Positions 21,873 to 32,445 are shown, counted from the stretch's first letter. The stretch: 64,000 nucleotides of DNA from an uncultured Acidobacteriota bacterium (GCA_963804995.1 CAWDSK010000005.1:1184001-1248000); one strand, 5' to 3'. The notes: generated by a model from the letters alone, not told the origin. Numbers and translations: made by a program.

Positions 21873-21965
21873 CGAATTCTTAACCTCCTGATTTCAAAAT
21901 CGCCGGCCCCCAGCCGTCGCCCTCCACAATAGGGTCGCAACAAACAAAATCCTAGGGGCACAAGC

Positions 21966-23138
21966 TCATGCCGTTGCATTGAAGGACCGAAGGTCATGGT
22001 CGATTTGGGCAGTTGGTACGAGCTTCCCTCGCTCAATTCCCAATGAACTTATCAATCCATTTCTGTCTTGGAGTTCAGCCCAGGTTCCCTCATCAATTGA
22101 AAGGAAGGCAGAAACTACCTCCGGGTCGAACTGTTTTCCGGATTGCTGAATGATTTCCTCGTGGGCCACGGCAAAAGACGTGGCCCGGCGATACGGCCGA
22201 TCTGAAATCAAGGCGTCCAGGGTGTCACCCACAGCAAAAATCCTGGCCCCCAGTGGAATCTCTCCCCCCAACAAGCCATGGGGGTAGCCTGTCCCATCAA
22301 ACCGCTCGTGGTGGGCTAGGACAATCTCGGCTGCACCCACCAGGAACTCAATGTGGTTCAAGAGGCTGAATCCTACTATCACGTGTGTCTCCATCACTGT
22401 GCGCTCCTCATCCGTAAGGGGGCATGGTTTCATCAGGATGGCGTCAGGCATCCCGATTTTTCCGATATCGTGCAAAAGAGCGCCCCGCGCTATCGTATTC
22501 ATTTGCTCTTTGCTACAGCCCATCCTTTTCGCAATTTCCACGGCGTACGCCATCACGCGCCGCGAATGGCCAGCCGTGTCGTTGTCTCTTAAATCCAAGG
22601 CTGCTGCGAGTGCTTGCAGGGTCTCATCGTAGGTTTGCTCGATCCGCCACATCGCCCCGCGGAGCTGATCGGTCCTCTGTTGGACAATTTCCTCGAGATG
22701 CAGGCGATAATTCTCCAATTCACATTCCAGCTTCTTTTGTTCCAGCACATGGTTGACACTGACCAACACGGCCTCAAGGTGCAAAGGCTTCAGCAGATAA
22801 TCGTCAGCCCCCTCTTTCATTGCCTGAATTCCCACCCGGACGTCATCCACGCCCGTCACCATCACGAAGGCCAAGTGAAGGTGCTTATCCCGGGCAAATC
22901 GCAAGAGCTCCAGGCCGCTTATTCCGGGCATACGAACATCGCAGAGAACAGCTTCAAATCTCTGAGTGTTTATCAAATGCAACGCTTCCTGACTGCTCTG
23001 ACACTCAAGGCAACTGTAACCCACATGTCGCAGCATCTCAGCCAGCAGCTTCGTAATGCTCGGCTCGTCGTCCACGATCAAGATTCCGGGCTTCGAGTTG
23101 GAACTCACTAGGGTTGAGCGTGATTGAATCTCTGCCAT
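21966..23138 (-). CDS. REC-HD-GYP c-di-GMP phosphodiesterase (RpfG-like)
   Basis: N-terminal receiver; HSRRV, LLHDIGKIG, HHERFDGTGYP, DRPYR. Confidence 0.93.
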   Translation of the reverse strand: MAEIQSRSTLVSSNSKPGILIVDDEPSITKLLAEMLRHVGYSCLECQSSQEALHLINTQRFEAVLCDVRMPGISGLELLRFARDKHLHLAFVMVTGVDDVRVGIQAMKEGADDYLLKPLHLEAVLVSVNHVLEQKKLECELENYRLHLEEIVQQRTDQLRGAMWRIEQTYDETLQALAAALDLRDNDTAGHSRRVMAYAVEIAKRMGCSKEQMNTIARGALLHDIGKIGMPDAILMKPCPLTDEERTVMETHVIVGFSLLNHIEFLVGAAEIVLAHHERFDGTGYPHGLLGGEIPLGARIFAVGDTLDALISDRPYRRATSFAVAHEEIIQQSGKQFDPEVVSAFLSIDEGTWAELQDRNGLISSLGIERGKLVPTAQIDHDLRSFNATA

Positions 23139-23580
23139 GGTTATCGAACCTCATTTTCCACGAAAAACCGACCCGATGGTTCAAGGCTCGTCAGTTTGAG
23201 TCCACTATCGGGACAATAGACTAAGACCGACCCCAAGGAGCCACGAGTTTTGTCACTCGCCACTCTAAGAAAAAGCAGAATTGGCAGGGTGCGCCCAAAC
23301 AGTCTCTGTACCGCGTCGCACCTTTTCAATCCTCGGCGACCCGTTCCCTTTAGAGCAAATTGCCAGCCATTTATTGATAACCACTTCAACCTTTAAGAGT
23401 CTTGAATCCAAGGGATTGGCGAACTGTATACGACCGCCCTAGGCAGAGTCTGTTATAAATAGTGTCCTTAGTTTCCGAATGTGCATCAAGTTGAGCCAAT
23501 GCTTGTGGAGTCCATTGAAGCCCTGCCTGCAAAGGAAATAATCCGCAGCGCCTGTGAACCGTAATACGGCAAGGCAGAGA

Positions 23581-25020
23581 CTAGCAGCGAACAATTTTTT
23601 CGCGATTATCCCTTACACGGGCCGTAGCATTTCTCGTGTCGATGACCAGAGCGCTTTCACGGACGACCTGATCGTAATCGATGGCACCATGGTCGGTGAC
23701 TATCAAAGCACAGTCATATGCGCGCAGCGTCTCAGCGGTGAGTGGAACAGATTCCAGGCCGAAGTTGTATCCCCGCATCTTGCCAATACGGGGAACAAAG
23801 GGATCGTGATAGGCGACCACGGATCCCTTAGCCTCCAACAATTCCATGATTTTCATGGCCGGAGATTCACGGACGTTGTCGATGTCCTTCTTATAGGCAA
23901 CACCCAAAATCAGCACTTTCGAGCTGTGCAACGCTTTCCCCTGCCGGCTGAGACCTTCTACCACGGCATCTACCACGTGGTAGGGCATGGCCGCATTAGT
24001 CTCCCCTGCCAATTCAATGAAGCGGGTTGGGAACTCATACTCGCGCGCCTTCCAGGTGAGGTAAAACGGATCGATGGGAATGCAATGCCCTCCGAGGCCG
24101 GGTCCTGGATAGAAGGCCTTGAAACCAAACGGTTTGGATTTTGCTGCTTCTATCACTTCCCAGATGTCGATTCCCATGCGCATCGACAACAGTTTGAGCT
24201 CATTCACAAGTGCGATGTTCACACATCGGTAGATGTTTTCCAGGAGTTTGGTCATTTCTGCCGCGCGCGAAGAGCTCACCATAATGGTCTGCTCAAAGGC
24301 GCTTTGGTAGAGGGCCTGTGCAGCTAATGCACTGGGACCGTTCACTCCCCCTACAACCTTGGGAACCTGGTGATTCTGGAATTGCTTGTTCCCGGGGTCC
24401 TCTCGTTCCGGGGAAAAAGCCAGGAAGAATTCGGGGTCTGAGCTATCTCCCGAGGTCACAGTATGGCCGTCGGTTGTGTAGGTTGAAACCGGGCAGAGCA
24501 ATCCCATTCTTTTTAGAACAGGGAGAAGCTCTTCGTCGGTCGTTCCGGGGTAGGTCGTGCTTTCTAGTACAACGAGCTGGCCGGGTCGCAGATGCATGCT
24601 GATCTCCATCGCCGTGGCCCTTACGAATGAAAGATTGGGTTCACGATGCCTATCGAGAGGAGTTGGAACACAGATAATAATGGCATCCATCTCTCGAAGT
24701 CCTGCAAAGTCAGTACAAGGCTTGAATCGGTCGTGCTCAATCTGCTCGGTGACCATCTTGCTGGGAATGTGTTTGATATAACTCTCTCCCCGCTGAAGCT
24801 TTTCAACTTTAACGGGGTCGATATCAAAGCCTGAAGCTCGGAACCCTTTTCGGGCAAAGAGCAGAGCCAATGGCAGACCGACATAACCCAGGCCGATGAC
24901 GCCTACTTGGGCGGTCTTATTCTCCAACTTGCTGCACAGGGCAGCAAGCGAACCGGCTGCGGCGACTGGTTCTCTTGCTTTTCCCGACGTGGTCATCACT
25001 TGAGTTGATAGCCAGTCCAT
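23581..25020 (-). CDS. Nucleotide-sugar (UDP-GlcNAc/ManNAc-type) 6-dehydrogenase
   Basis: GLGYVGLP, ICVPTP, ESTTYPGTT, SPEREDPG, GLGGHCIPIDP, GVAYKKDIDNVRESP. Confidence 0.93.
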   Translation of the reverse strand: MDWLSTQVMTTSGKAREPVAAAGSLAALCSKLENKTAQVGVIGLGYVGLPLALLFARKGFRASGFDIDPVKVEKLQRGESYIKHIPSKMVTEQIEHDRFKPCTDFAGLREMDAIIICVPTPLDRHREPNLSFVRATAMEISMHLRPGQLVVLESTTYPGTTDEELLPVLKRMGLLCPVSTYTTDGHTVTSGDSSDPEFFLAFSPEREDPGNKQFQNHQVPKVVGGVNGPSALAAQALYQSAFEQTIMVSSSRAAEMTKLLENIYRCVNIALVNELKLLSMRMGIDIWEVIEAAKSKPFGFKAFYPGPGLGGHCIPIDPFYLTWKAREYEFPTRFIELAGETNAAMPYHVVDAVVEGLSRQGKALHSSKVLILGVAYKKDIDNVRESPAMKIMELLEAKGSVVAYHDPFVPRIGKMRGYNFGLESVPLTAETLRAYDCALIVTDHGAIDYDQVVRESALVIDTRNATARVRDNREKIVRC

Positions 25021-25117
25021 TTTAAGATTCTCCTGGATTTGAATACTTGGGTTTCTATTCCACTTTGCGAGCGTAGGGCGCTCGCTTGCGGCGCCACACT
25101 TGATCTGCCTTGGAATT

Positions 25118-25612
25118 TCACTCCATTTCACGAATGGCCTTCGCGGTTTGTGCGACCATACCTCGGTGGTTCCTCCGCAACACAACGATGGCGGTGGAAA
25201 GCACGAAGAGACCCAGGAAGGCTCCGGTCGTATCGGCTAGGCAGTCGAACAAAGACGCGTGCCTTCCAGGGACGAACAACTGGTGAAACTCATCCGTCAG
25301 CGAGTAACAACCCGAAGCCAATAGCGTCCAGCAGGCAGCTTTTCGCGACCAGAAGGGGTCACCCACCGGTTTCAAGGCGTTATAGAGGAACACCGCTAAA
25401 ACCGCATACTCTGAGAGGTGCGCAGACTTCCTTAGCAGGTTGTTCAGCAGATCGAGGTTATTGGGGAGAATTGAAATTGATAACCAATCGAGGGCTTTGG
25501 AAAGAAGTTTTTCAGTTGAGGCTGACGCATAAGTCGCTCTCGAGAGGTTGAAGACAATCACCGCCCAGGTTGCAGTCAGGAGCCACCAGACTATTTTCAT
25601 GAACGATTCCAT
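25118..25612 (-). CDS. VanZ-family membrane protein
   Basis: LRKSAHLSEYAVL, TDEFHQLFVPGR, D-x-x-A-D-T-x-G; SD AGGAGAGG. Confidence 0.85.
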   Translation of the reverse strand: MESFMKIVWWLLTATWAVIVFNLSRATYASASTEKLLSKALDWLSISILPNNLDLLNNLLRKSAHLSEYAVLAVFLYNALKPVGDPFWSRKAACWTLLASGCYSLTDEFHQLFVPGRHASLFDCLADTTGAFLGLFVLSTAIVVLRRNHRGMVAQTAKAIREME

Positions 25613-25929
25613 AAGCCAGCCTCTCCTATTACTGACAACAAACGACATGGGCCCTTGGTACATCGTGTAAGTCAAGGGGTTTTACGGTGATACGCACAAT
25701 CCGGTTTTCCATCCGCTGGAGGCCGAATTCATTGTGGTCTCCGGCGCTTGTGGACTTACGAACGACACCCAAGGGCAGGCCACTTTAGATAACGGCTCCT
25801 GCGACGCTCAAGGCGATAGAGGGCCCCGTGCGATAGATCAAAGACTGGCGGAATTGGACGTAATGTGGGGGAAATCCTCGGTTTGGAGCTGAACCTCTGC
25901 TTGATCGCCAATCGGTGTTCTCTTCGGCG

Positions 25930-26109
25930 TCACGGGAGCCTCTGCCTAGCCGGGCATAGCTGGCGGAACGCCGCGTCGATCGGTTCCACATCCTCTTCGT
26001 TTACTTCGACCGCGACACTCTGCTTGATGAGGCTCTTCGAGGTCACCACGCGTACTCCCCCTCCTTTACTCCCCAGTGCTCCCATGTGATTCACCAAGGT
26101 CGAGGACAT
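25930..26109 (-). pseudogene. 59-aa mini-ORF resembling the C-terminal (KOW) end of UpxY/NusG
   Basis: GGGVRVVTSKSLIKQSVAVEVNEEDVEPID aligns with SGGLRVVLSVELIRQAAAVEVDADDVEAIG of the 28776-29402 protein. Confidence 0.6.
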
Positions 26110-26319
26110 GAACTTCTTCAGCCGTCTTGAGCCGCCAGGTGTCCCGCATATTCGTTCTCAAGCAGGTGGCCTCAATGTCGCCGCCACGAAATTTTCTGAC
26201 TGTGGGCCTTTTCCCTGGGTTTACGAACCCGTGCAGCAAACAAGTGATCGTGACCCGTTGCGGGGGTCGCCGCTTTGGCCATCGACCTGGCCCTTAGCAT
26301 CCGTCTTGCCACTGGGGGA

Positions 26320-26619
26320 CTAAAGAAGGTTGGTAAGCAAATACAGGTTGTCGCGGACGAGACGTGCCAGACGCACGGACGCCCGAACTTTCCAGCGGGG
26401 CAGTCTGGTCACATATGCGAAACTTCGGGTGAGAGCTTGCTGACGGGGCACAGGGCCCAAGAGTGGACCTTGCGGCTGCGCGAAAAGCAGAGCCACCACA
26501 ATAATCGTGAACATCACCAGGAACTGGATCAGGAAGAACGTAAGAGTGAACGTCATGACGATATTCATTGCGACCAACCTGCCGGCCGTCGCTGCCCAAA
26601 CTGGATTACGCAGCCACAT
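26320..26619 (-). CDS. Small hypothetical membrane protein
   Basis: One long hydrophobic segment; co-oriented within the EPS arm. Confidence 0.4.
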   Translation of the reverse strand: MWLRNPVWAATAGRLVAMNIVMTFTLTFFLIQFLVMFTIIVVALLFAQPQGPLLGPVPRQQALTRSFAYVTRLPRWKVRASVRLARLVRDNLYLLTNLL

Positions 26620-26734
26620 GCCACGATGTATTTCAGCCAGCCGAATTGAAAACGATGCCCGCGAAATGATTCCGCAAAGAAAACATCTTTTGGGTATTTG
26701 AAAGCATATGGGTAGGTGTGATTGGGTTGCCTGA

Positions 26735-28255
26735 TTATTGCCCGGTGCCGGCTAGGACTACACCAATTGTTTTGATGAGAATTCTAAAGTCCAGCCCAAG
26801 GGTCCAGTTATTGACGTATTCCTTATCGAGCTCGATATAGTTTTGGAAGGAGGGATCCCGACGAGCCGTGACTTGCCAGAGCCCGGTCAGCCCCGGAATT
26901 ACATCCAGACGACGAAGGTGTCCAAGAGCGTACTGGGTGTATTCGTCGCAGGCTGAAGGGCGTGGTCCAACCAAGCTCATTTCTCCCTTGAAGACGTTCC
27001 AAAGCTGAGGCAATTCATCAATGCTGAATTTCCGCAGATACCTGCCGACACCCGTGACCCGCGGATCATCGGCAATCTTGAACAAGATTCCATCACGTTC
27101 ATTTAGGTGCCCGAGAGATTCTTTCAAGGTGTCTGCGTTCTCGACCATCGTTCGGAATTTGTAGCAGATAAAAGTCACGCCTTTCCTGCCCACGCGCGAC
27201 GCGCGGTAAAAGACCGGCCCCTTTGAATCAAACTTTACGATGAACGCAACTACTGCGAAGAGTGGTGATAGGAGCACCAAAGTGATTCCGGACAGGACGA
27301 TATCCATTAGGCGCTTAATAATGAGTGGTAACGTAGGTGCGGCATGCTGGCATAGAGTCAAAGTTGGGAACTGTCCGATGTACTCAATGGGCTGGTCCGT
27401 AGCCAGGCCATCGAATAGATCTGGGACTACGCGCGCTTGCACTCGTGCAGCTGTCGCCTTTCTCGCGATGTCCTTGACTAAATGTCGGTCGCTGGGCACG
27501 CTGATGAGAATCTCATCAATGAATTGCGCCCGGGTGATCGCAGGCAATTCGTCCACTGTTCCAAGAAGCCTGGAATCTGCATCGCCATCGCCTTTGTCGT
27601 TTGACCGAGGGTTTCGACGGCGGCACACGAAGCCTTTGACGACGTAGCCCAACTGAGGATTTTGTTCAAGCTGCTGCTGAAGGAGATGCCCAAAGCGTCC
27701 GTTTCCCACGATTAGAACATTCCGCTTTTCCGTGAGCCCAGGGATGGACTGGGAGCGGACGAGTCTACGCCAAGCCGCCATCGAAAGCCAAGTCAGAACA
27801 ACCATCAAGGCGAACGCACCAGCGGAACCGGCTCTACTACCCCCGAGAATTGAGGCCGCGCCGGTTACGATTCCGGCGCAGGTGACCGAATCCGCCAATA
27901 GCTTGAGATCTTCCCGGTAACTCCTTTTCCAAGGAAAATCGTACAAGCCGCGCAAATCGGCAAATAGGACAACCAGCACTGAAAACAGAAACATGAAGCC
28001 GGACGGCGCAACCCTGAAGAACTCCTGGTGCCAAGGATTCTGCATGTCACGGGTGAATGCCAGCAGCACGAGGTAAGCAATCCCTGCGCTAAACCACACC
28101 AGGCATAAGTCAGCAACCACGAAGAATCTGTGCGAGGACGTTTGGCCTTTGACATTTGCGACGCGCGACATGGCATTCTGCTCGCGCCCTTCGCTCGGAG
28201 AACTTTCTTTGTATTGGCCAATCAATCCGACTGCGCCCATAGGAATCTCCTGCAC
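26735..28255 (-). CDS. Priming polyprenyl-phosphate glycosylphosphotransferase (WcaJ/WbaP family)
   Basis: N-terminal TMs, KRLMDIVLS, YKFRTM, DDPRVT, SIDELPQLWNV, SLVGPRP, PGLTGLWQV. Start uncertain. Confidence 0.93.
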   Translation of the reverse strand: MQEIPMGAVGLIGQYKESSPSEGREQNAMSRVANVKGQTSSHRFFVVADLCLVWFSAGIAYLVLLAFTRDMQNPWHQEFFRVAPSGFMFLFSVLVVLFADLRGLYDFPWKRSYREDLKLLADSVTCAGIVTGAASILGGSRAGSAGAFALMVVLTWLSMAAWRRLVRSQSIPGLTEKRNVLIVGNGRFGHLLQQQLEQNPQLGYVVKGFVCRRRNPRSNDKGDGDADSRLLGTVDELPAITRAQFIDEILISVPSDRHLVKDIARKATAARVQARVVPDLFDGLATDQPIEYIGQFPTLTLCQHAAPTLPLIIKRLMDIVLSGITLVLLSPLFAVVAFIVKFDSKGPVFYRASRVGRKGVTFICYKFRTMVENADTLKESLGHLNERDGILFKIADDPRVTGVGRYLRKFSIDELPQLWNVFKGEMSLVGPRPSACDEYTQYALGHLRRLDVIPGLTGLWQVTARRDPSFQNYIELDKEYVNNWTLGLDFRILIKTIGVVLAGTGQ

Positions 28256-28297
28256 GGTGAAGTGACCGAACCAGGTTAGGCTCTTTGCCGCCGCCCC

Positions 28298-28376
28298 AAC
28301 CCCTGTGTCATCAAAGCAAGCGAGGGGAAAGCAGGTTCGAATTCGCTGCCCTCAATCGCCGTGATGACAGAGGGTT
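28298..28376. promoter_or_regulatory. Long imperfect hairpin in the leader of the priming transferase
   Basis: CCCTGTGTCATCA...TGATGACAGAGGG pairs 12/13, plus inner pairs GCGA/TCGC, GAGGG/CCCTC and GCAG/CTGC. Confidence 0.4.
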
Positions 28377-28465
28377 CTGCCCCACGAGACCTTATGAGCG
28401 GGCATCCCCCACGTGGAAGGTTGCCGGTCCCCTGGCGCGCCTAGGCTAAATGAATAGGATGAGGG

Positions 28466-28630
28466 CTAGCGGCAAATCCTGGCATTATGCGGTGTCGCGC
28501 CCGGGGACGGGAGGCCGAAAGGTATGGGGATGAATCTTTCCACCTTGTGATGACCGGTTTTGTGCATCGCATAGGATAGGCCTAGCCCCATCGCTAGAAG
28601 CAGAGTAATCGCGTGATTGTTAGACCTCAT
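28466..28630 (-). CDS. 54-aa small protein with an N-terminal hydrophobic segment
   Basis: GAGGA SD, then MRSNNHAITLLLAMGLGLSYAMHKTGHHKVERFIPIPFG...ICR*. Below the ORF-track cutoff. Confidence 0.4.
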   Translation of the reverse strand: MRSNNHAITLLLAMGLGLSYAMHKTGHHKVERFIPIPFGLPSPGATPHNARICR

Positions 28631-28775
28631 GGTTTCCTCTGGATTGTATTTGGCGGGACTTCTTAGTGAAACCGCCTCCCGTTGGGGATTGAGAATGATC
28701 CAGGGCGAGCTTCCCGGTGACTGTACGTGCTGAACCTCTTGAGCGCGGTTGACTCAGGGCTGGGGCCTGAGACAG

Positions 28776-29402
28776 CTAAGCATTGAACCCCGTGGGTGCA
28801 GGACCAATCGCCTCAACGTCATCGGCATCCACTTCGACCGCGGCAGCCTGCCGGATCAGCTCTACGGAAAGCACCACTCGCAGGCCCCCGGATTGGCGTA
28901 CCAGAAACCCAGTCAAATCTGCGAGCGGGCCGGATTTGATTCGCACCTTCTGGCCAACTGCCAGATAGGGGTGAGGTTCAAACTTGTGCGACTGCAGCCC
29001 GTCCCGGAGACTTACTATTTCCGCATCCGGTAACGGCCATGGACCACTTACAGAACCCACAATGGATACGGCACCGGGAAGGCTCAGAGCCATGAAGCGT
29101 TCTCGGGGGTCGATTCTGATGAAGAGGTAGCCGGGGAACAAGGGCAGTTTGACTCGTACCTTACAGCCATTCTTCCAACGATGCACGGTTTCGTACAGGG
29201 GAAGGAAGGACTCAATGGCGCGCAACCCTAGATCCTCGTGGACGCGCTTTTCGTGTCGAGGATAAGTATGCAGCGCATACCAGTGGGCAGGGGGAGTCCC
29301 AAATTGCACGCTGCCTGGGGGGTCTTCTCTACTTGTACCGCATTGTTGTAAGGCTTCGCCATGCTCACTTAGGTGAGTGGCTCCACCGATCAAAGTTTTC
29401 AT
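28776..29402 (-). CDS. UpxY/NusG-family transcription antiterminator
   Basis: WYALHTYPRHEK, FLPLY, PLFPGYLF, KOW motif VGQKVRIKSGPLADLTG. Confidence 0.9.
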   Translation of the reverse strand: MKTLIGGATHLSEHGEALQQCGTSREDPPGSVQFGTPPAHWYALHTYPRHEKRVHEDLGLRAIESFLPLYETVHRWKNGCKVRVKLPLFPGYLFIRIDPRERFMALSLPGAVSIVGSVSGPWPLPDAEIVSLRDGLQSHKFEPHPYLAVGQKVRIKSGPLADLTGFLVRQSGGLRVVLSVELIRQAAAVEVDADDVEAIGPAPTGFNA

Positions 29403-29447
29403 AGAGCCTCGCAAGTGGAGTGTATCTGTCTTCGCAATAGATATTAG

Positions 29448-29463
29448 GCACAGGGACTGCCAA
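29448..29463 (-). promoter_or_regulatory. Candidate sigma54 -24/-12 promoter for the upxY-priming transferase arm
   Basis: Minus strand TTGGCAGTCCCTGTGC (GG-N10-GC), ~45 nt upstream of the ATG. Confidence 0.5.
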
Positions 29464-30561
29464 CCGCAGCGAGTCGCCAGACTTTCTTCTATCCCGCCTG
29501 AATTGAAGAAGTTAAGATGAGCCAAAGGAACAAATCTGCCCCGATCCGATACCGACATAGATGTCCAAGCAGACGGGACTGTCTCGATATGTGACAGGGG
29601 CTTGGCCGAATCAGGATCTCAGAAGTTGTGGTTCTTTTCCAGGGCACATGCCGACAATCCATGATATAAGCGTACGGTAATGCTAGATCTGAGCTCAACG
29701 AATGCAAAACAAATTGCCCTTGCGCTTAAGGGGCGCAAGGAGAATTGCGATCCTCAGTCGACGGGCGTGCGCCGGTCGCTGTGCCAACTCCAACCCACCC
29801 CTCCCTTCTCTAGCCGGGAGAGAAAACAAATCACTGATTTGAGTGTGATAACTACTTAACAAATGTCACACGGGATATCCTAGTCAACGCCATAAGCCAA
29901 GCGAGGAACGGGGATAGGGGAAATCGCACAAAGGGACAATTCGCACCATTCGCGGACCGGACCTCGATGGCGTCGCTGCGCAGTAATCAGATGTGGCTCT
30001 GATTATCTTCGCCGGATTACGTGCTGATGCAGATGCTGCGGTGGCTGGGGTTGAGTGGCACTGAGTGGGCCCGCGTCCAAATGGCTAGGTGGCCAGTGTC
30101 GAATTACAATAATTCTAACAGACAATTTTGGTCATGCGCCACCGTCCAAATGGTAATACCTTCTTCCGGCCCGACATGAGCCTTTTTACTGATTTGCGCG
30201 GTTCGTCTTCTCCCGCAGGGGCCAAGTCACAGGCCAGTTCCTAACAACAATGCGCCCGCAATTCGCACACACAAGATGCATGCCGCTTAACGACTGCGTG
30301 AGGCGCATTCTATTGCAAAATGGGCATGCCTTCGGCTCTGGATTTGTCGGCGACGAAGATTCCTTGTCAGGTTTCCCTCTTGGTCCCAAGGTTTCTCCCT
30401 TCGGCTCCTTTGAATTGAGAATCCAATCTTTTCCGAGTCCATCTCCCAAGATGTGCGATTATACCAGAGGCCACTTCGGAACGGCCGCGTCGATTGCGGA
30501 AATGAGGCGAACGGCCTCGCTCACGACCGTGGCGCTTTTGCAGTAGAGCTCCCCCTCTTAG

Positions 30562-30780
30562 TTATAGGTTGTGGTGCAGACGCGGCTCGGCCATTTCTTC
30601 CACAGGAAGATGACTCAGGGGTTTTTCCTTGCGATAGAGGAGCCACTTTTTGATGAGCTGATAGCCGCCGATTGTGTACTCCCAGACCCACGGCGGAATG
30701 TTGGACCAGTAGGCCAACACATTCAGGTAACCGTCGCAAATGTGCTCACCCAACAGCTCGATCGCCTCGGTTACACTCAC
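30562..30780 (-). pseudogene. Fragment of the C-terminal specificity region of a type ISP restriction-modification/N6 methylase
   Basis: YLNVLAYWSNIPPWVWEYTIGGYQLIKKWLLYR resembles the conserved VWEYxIGGYQVxKKWLxYR motif. Confidence 0.65.
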
Positions 30781-31314
30781 CCGCTCTTTCTGGATGTAAT
30801 CGTGGCCGACGATCTTTCCCTTGATTTTCGGGGCGAGAGATGGGAAAAGAGTCTTCAGGGCCGGGCGGTACGTGTGCCCTTTGGCGTTCCCGGCCTGTAG
30901 CTCTGGCTCTATCTATCGACGGTAAATGTCAATCTGACTTGCTTTCATAACTCACAACCAGGAGATCAGGTTTTGGGGAAGATGGTTACCATCGGGTCAG
31001 TACGAGCAATCTAAGATCGGGCGGAAATGCCTATTTTTGATCTAGCTAACCCAATCAACCCTTCCCCGTGGTATTGCACAATGCCTCAAATTGAGACATC
31101 CGATGCCCAGGCGAACACTTTCCGGATAATATTGTTCCTCTTTTCCTAAACGCTCTCCCCGTAATTCACTGAAATCAAAGATCCATGTGGATTTGAACGC
31201 ACGCCCGATTTGGAATCGCCCGTGCTCTTACGTGGCGTATTGGATCTCATAATCTTGGATCGTTCGCCTGAAACCGAACGATGGGCTCCAGAATATGATA
31301 AGGAGAACAAGGCC

Positions 31315-32067
31315 ATGCAAGTTTTTGATCGAATTGATCCAAACACCTTGGATCGCCGCGAATTGCACCTGTGGATACTGGCACAAGCCATGATTCTCGT
31401 CCTGTCAATGGGGGTCGGCTTGCTGATGTACCCAGCGGTCTTTTCCCACCCGGTAACCCTGACCGGCATCCCGTCGCGCGCTGCCTTTTTTGGGTTTTGC
31501 GGACTTGCGGCACTGTTGGTGGGTTACTTTGTAGACCGCCAGGTGGTCATACGCCACCTGCGCACAGAGCTGGAGGACGAGAAGCGCCAAATCGTGGAGG
31601 TTCGCCGCGAGGCGAGCGTCGATCTGCTGACGATGCTTCCGGGGTTCAATATTTTCCGCGACCGCCTGACGATGGAACATCGCCGCGCTTCGAACTCCCG
31701 GCAACCCCTGTCTTTGTTGGCCGTGGAACTGAAGCCCTCCCGTGCTTTGGCTGAACCGGGGGAAGTTGAGACCGCCTTCGGGGATGCGGCGAAAACCCTG
31801 ATGCGTAGGCTGCGCAGCGAAGACTCCATCTTCTTGTTTGCACCGGGAGTCTTCGGGATCGTTCTTCCCGCGGTCAACGCTCGCGACGCTTACACTTTAC
31901 GTGACCGTTTGATGGATGGACTCCACGATGCCGCGGGCGCCGGCAATCGTTTCTCGTTTGGCGTCAGCGTGGTTAATTTCCCTGAGCATGTTGCCACCGC
32001 CCGGGAGATGGAAGAAACCATACGGAGTCTCCTCCCCCCCCAAGGCCGGCACGGATTCGAAGTTTGA
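31315..32067 (+). CDS. 2-TM protein with a degenerate GGDEF domain (I-site RSED retained)
   Basis: DLLTMLPG (cf. DxLTGL), LSLLAVEL, RSEDSIFLFAPGVFGIVLP, FSFGVSVVNFP; SD AGGAG. Confidence 0.8.
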   Translation: MQVFDRIDPNTLDRRELHLWILAQAMILVLSMGVGLLMYPAVFSHPVTLTGIPSRAAFFGFCGLAALLVGYFVDRQVVIRHLRTELEDEKRQIVEVRREASVDLLTMLPGFNIFRDRLTMEHRRASNSRQPLSLLAVELKPSRALAEPGEVETAFGDAAKTLMRRLRSEDSIFLFAPGVFGIVLPAVNARDAYTLRDRLMDGLHDAAGAGNRFSFGVSVVNFPEHVATAREMEETIRSLLPPQGRHGFEV

Positions 32068-32189
32068 GCCGGTTACACCATTATTAGCAATTCAATAGAG
32101 GGCAAGCACATGGCAAACGCCATGGAGATGACCCACACGAGGTTCGAAGAATCCGCTCCCGTGCATCGCGGCGCAGAACGCCCCTCGCA

Positions 32190-32445
32190 GGGGAAGATTT
32201 GATCGTTGATGATGAGCAGACGATCAGAGAACTGCCCTCGAGTGCCTTGAGGTCAAAAGTCTTCGACTGCCGAAATTGTTTGCACGGTCGGAAACCCCGC
32301 CATCCCTGGAACCGCAATCCTTCGACGAGGTGATTCCCGACCTTCATATGCGGGAAGTCGCTGGCCTGGACCTACTGCCACGGGTTCCCCGGACGCATCC
32401 TCACATAGCGCTTCTGATGGCGCTGGCGAAGGTTGAGCATCATTC
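32190..32445 (+). pseudogene. Decayed receiver-domain gene
   Basis: LIVDDEQTIREL... then, after a frameshift, FDEVIPDLHMREVAGLDLLPRVPRTHPHIALLM. Parallels the REC of 21966-23138. Confidence 0.6.

Noticed and set aside
28640..29900. ops/JUMPstart element for the NusG paralogue
   Set aside because: No convincing GGCGGTAG-type match was seen on the coding strand.
30186..30449. Small zinc-ribbon ORF (CPFC...CANC)
   Set aside because: Possible, but there is no clear start signal or recognisable family.
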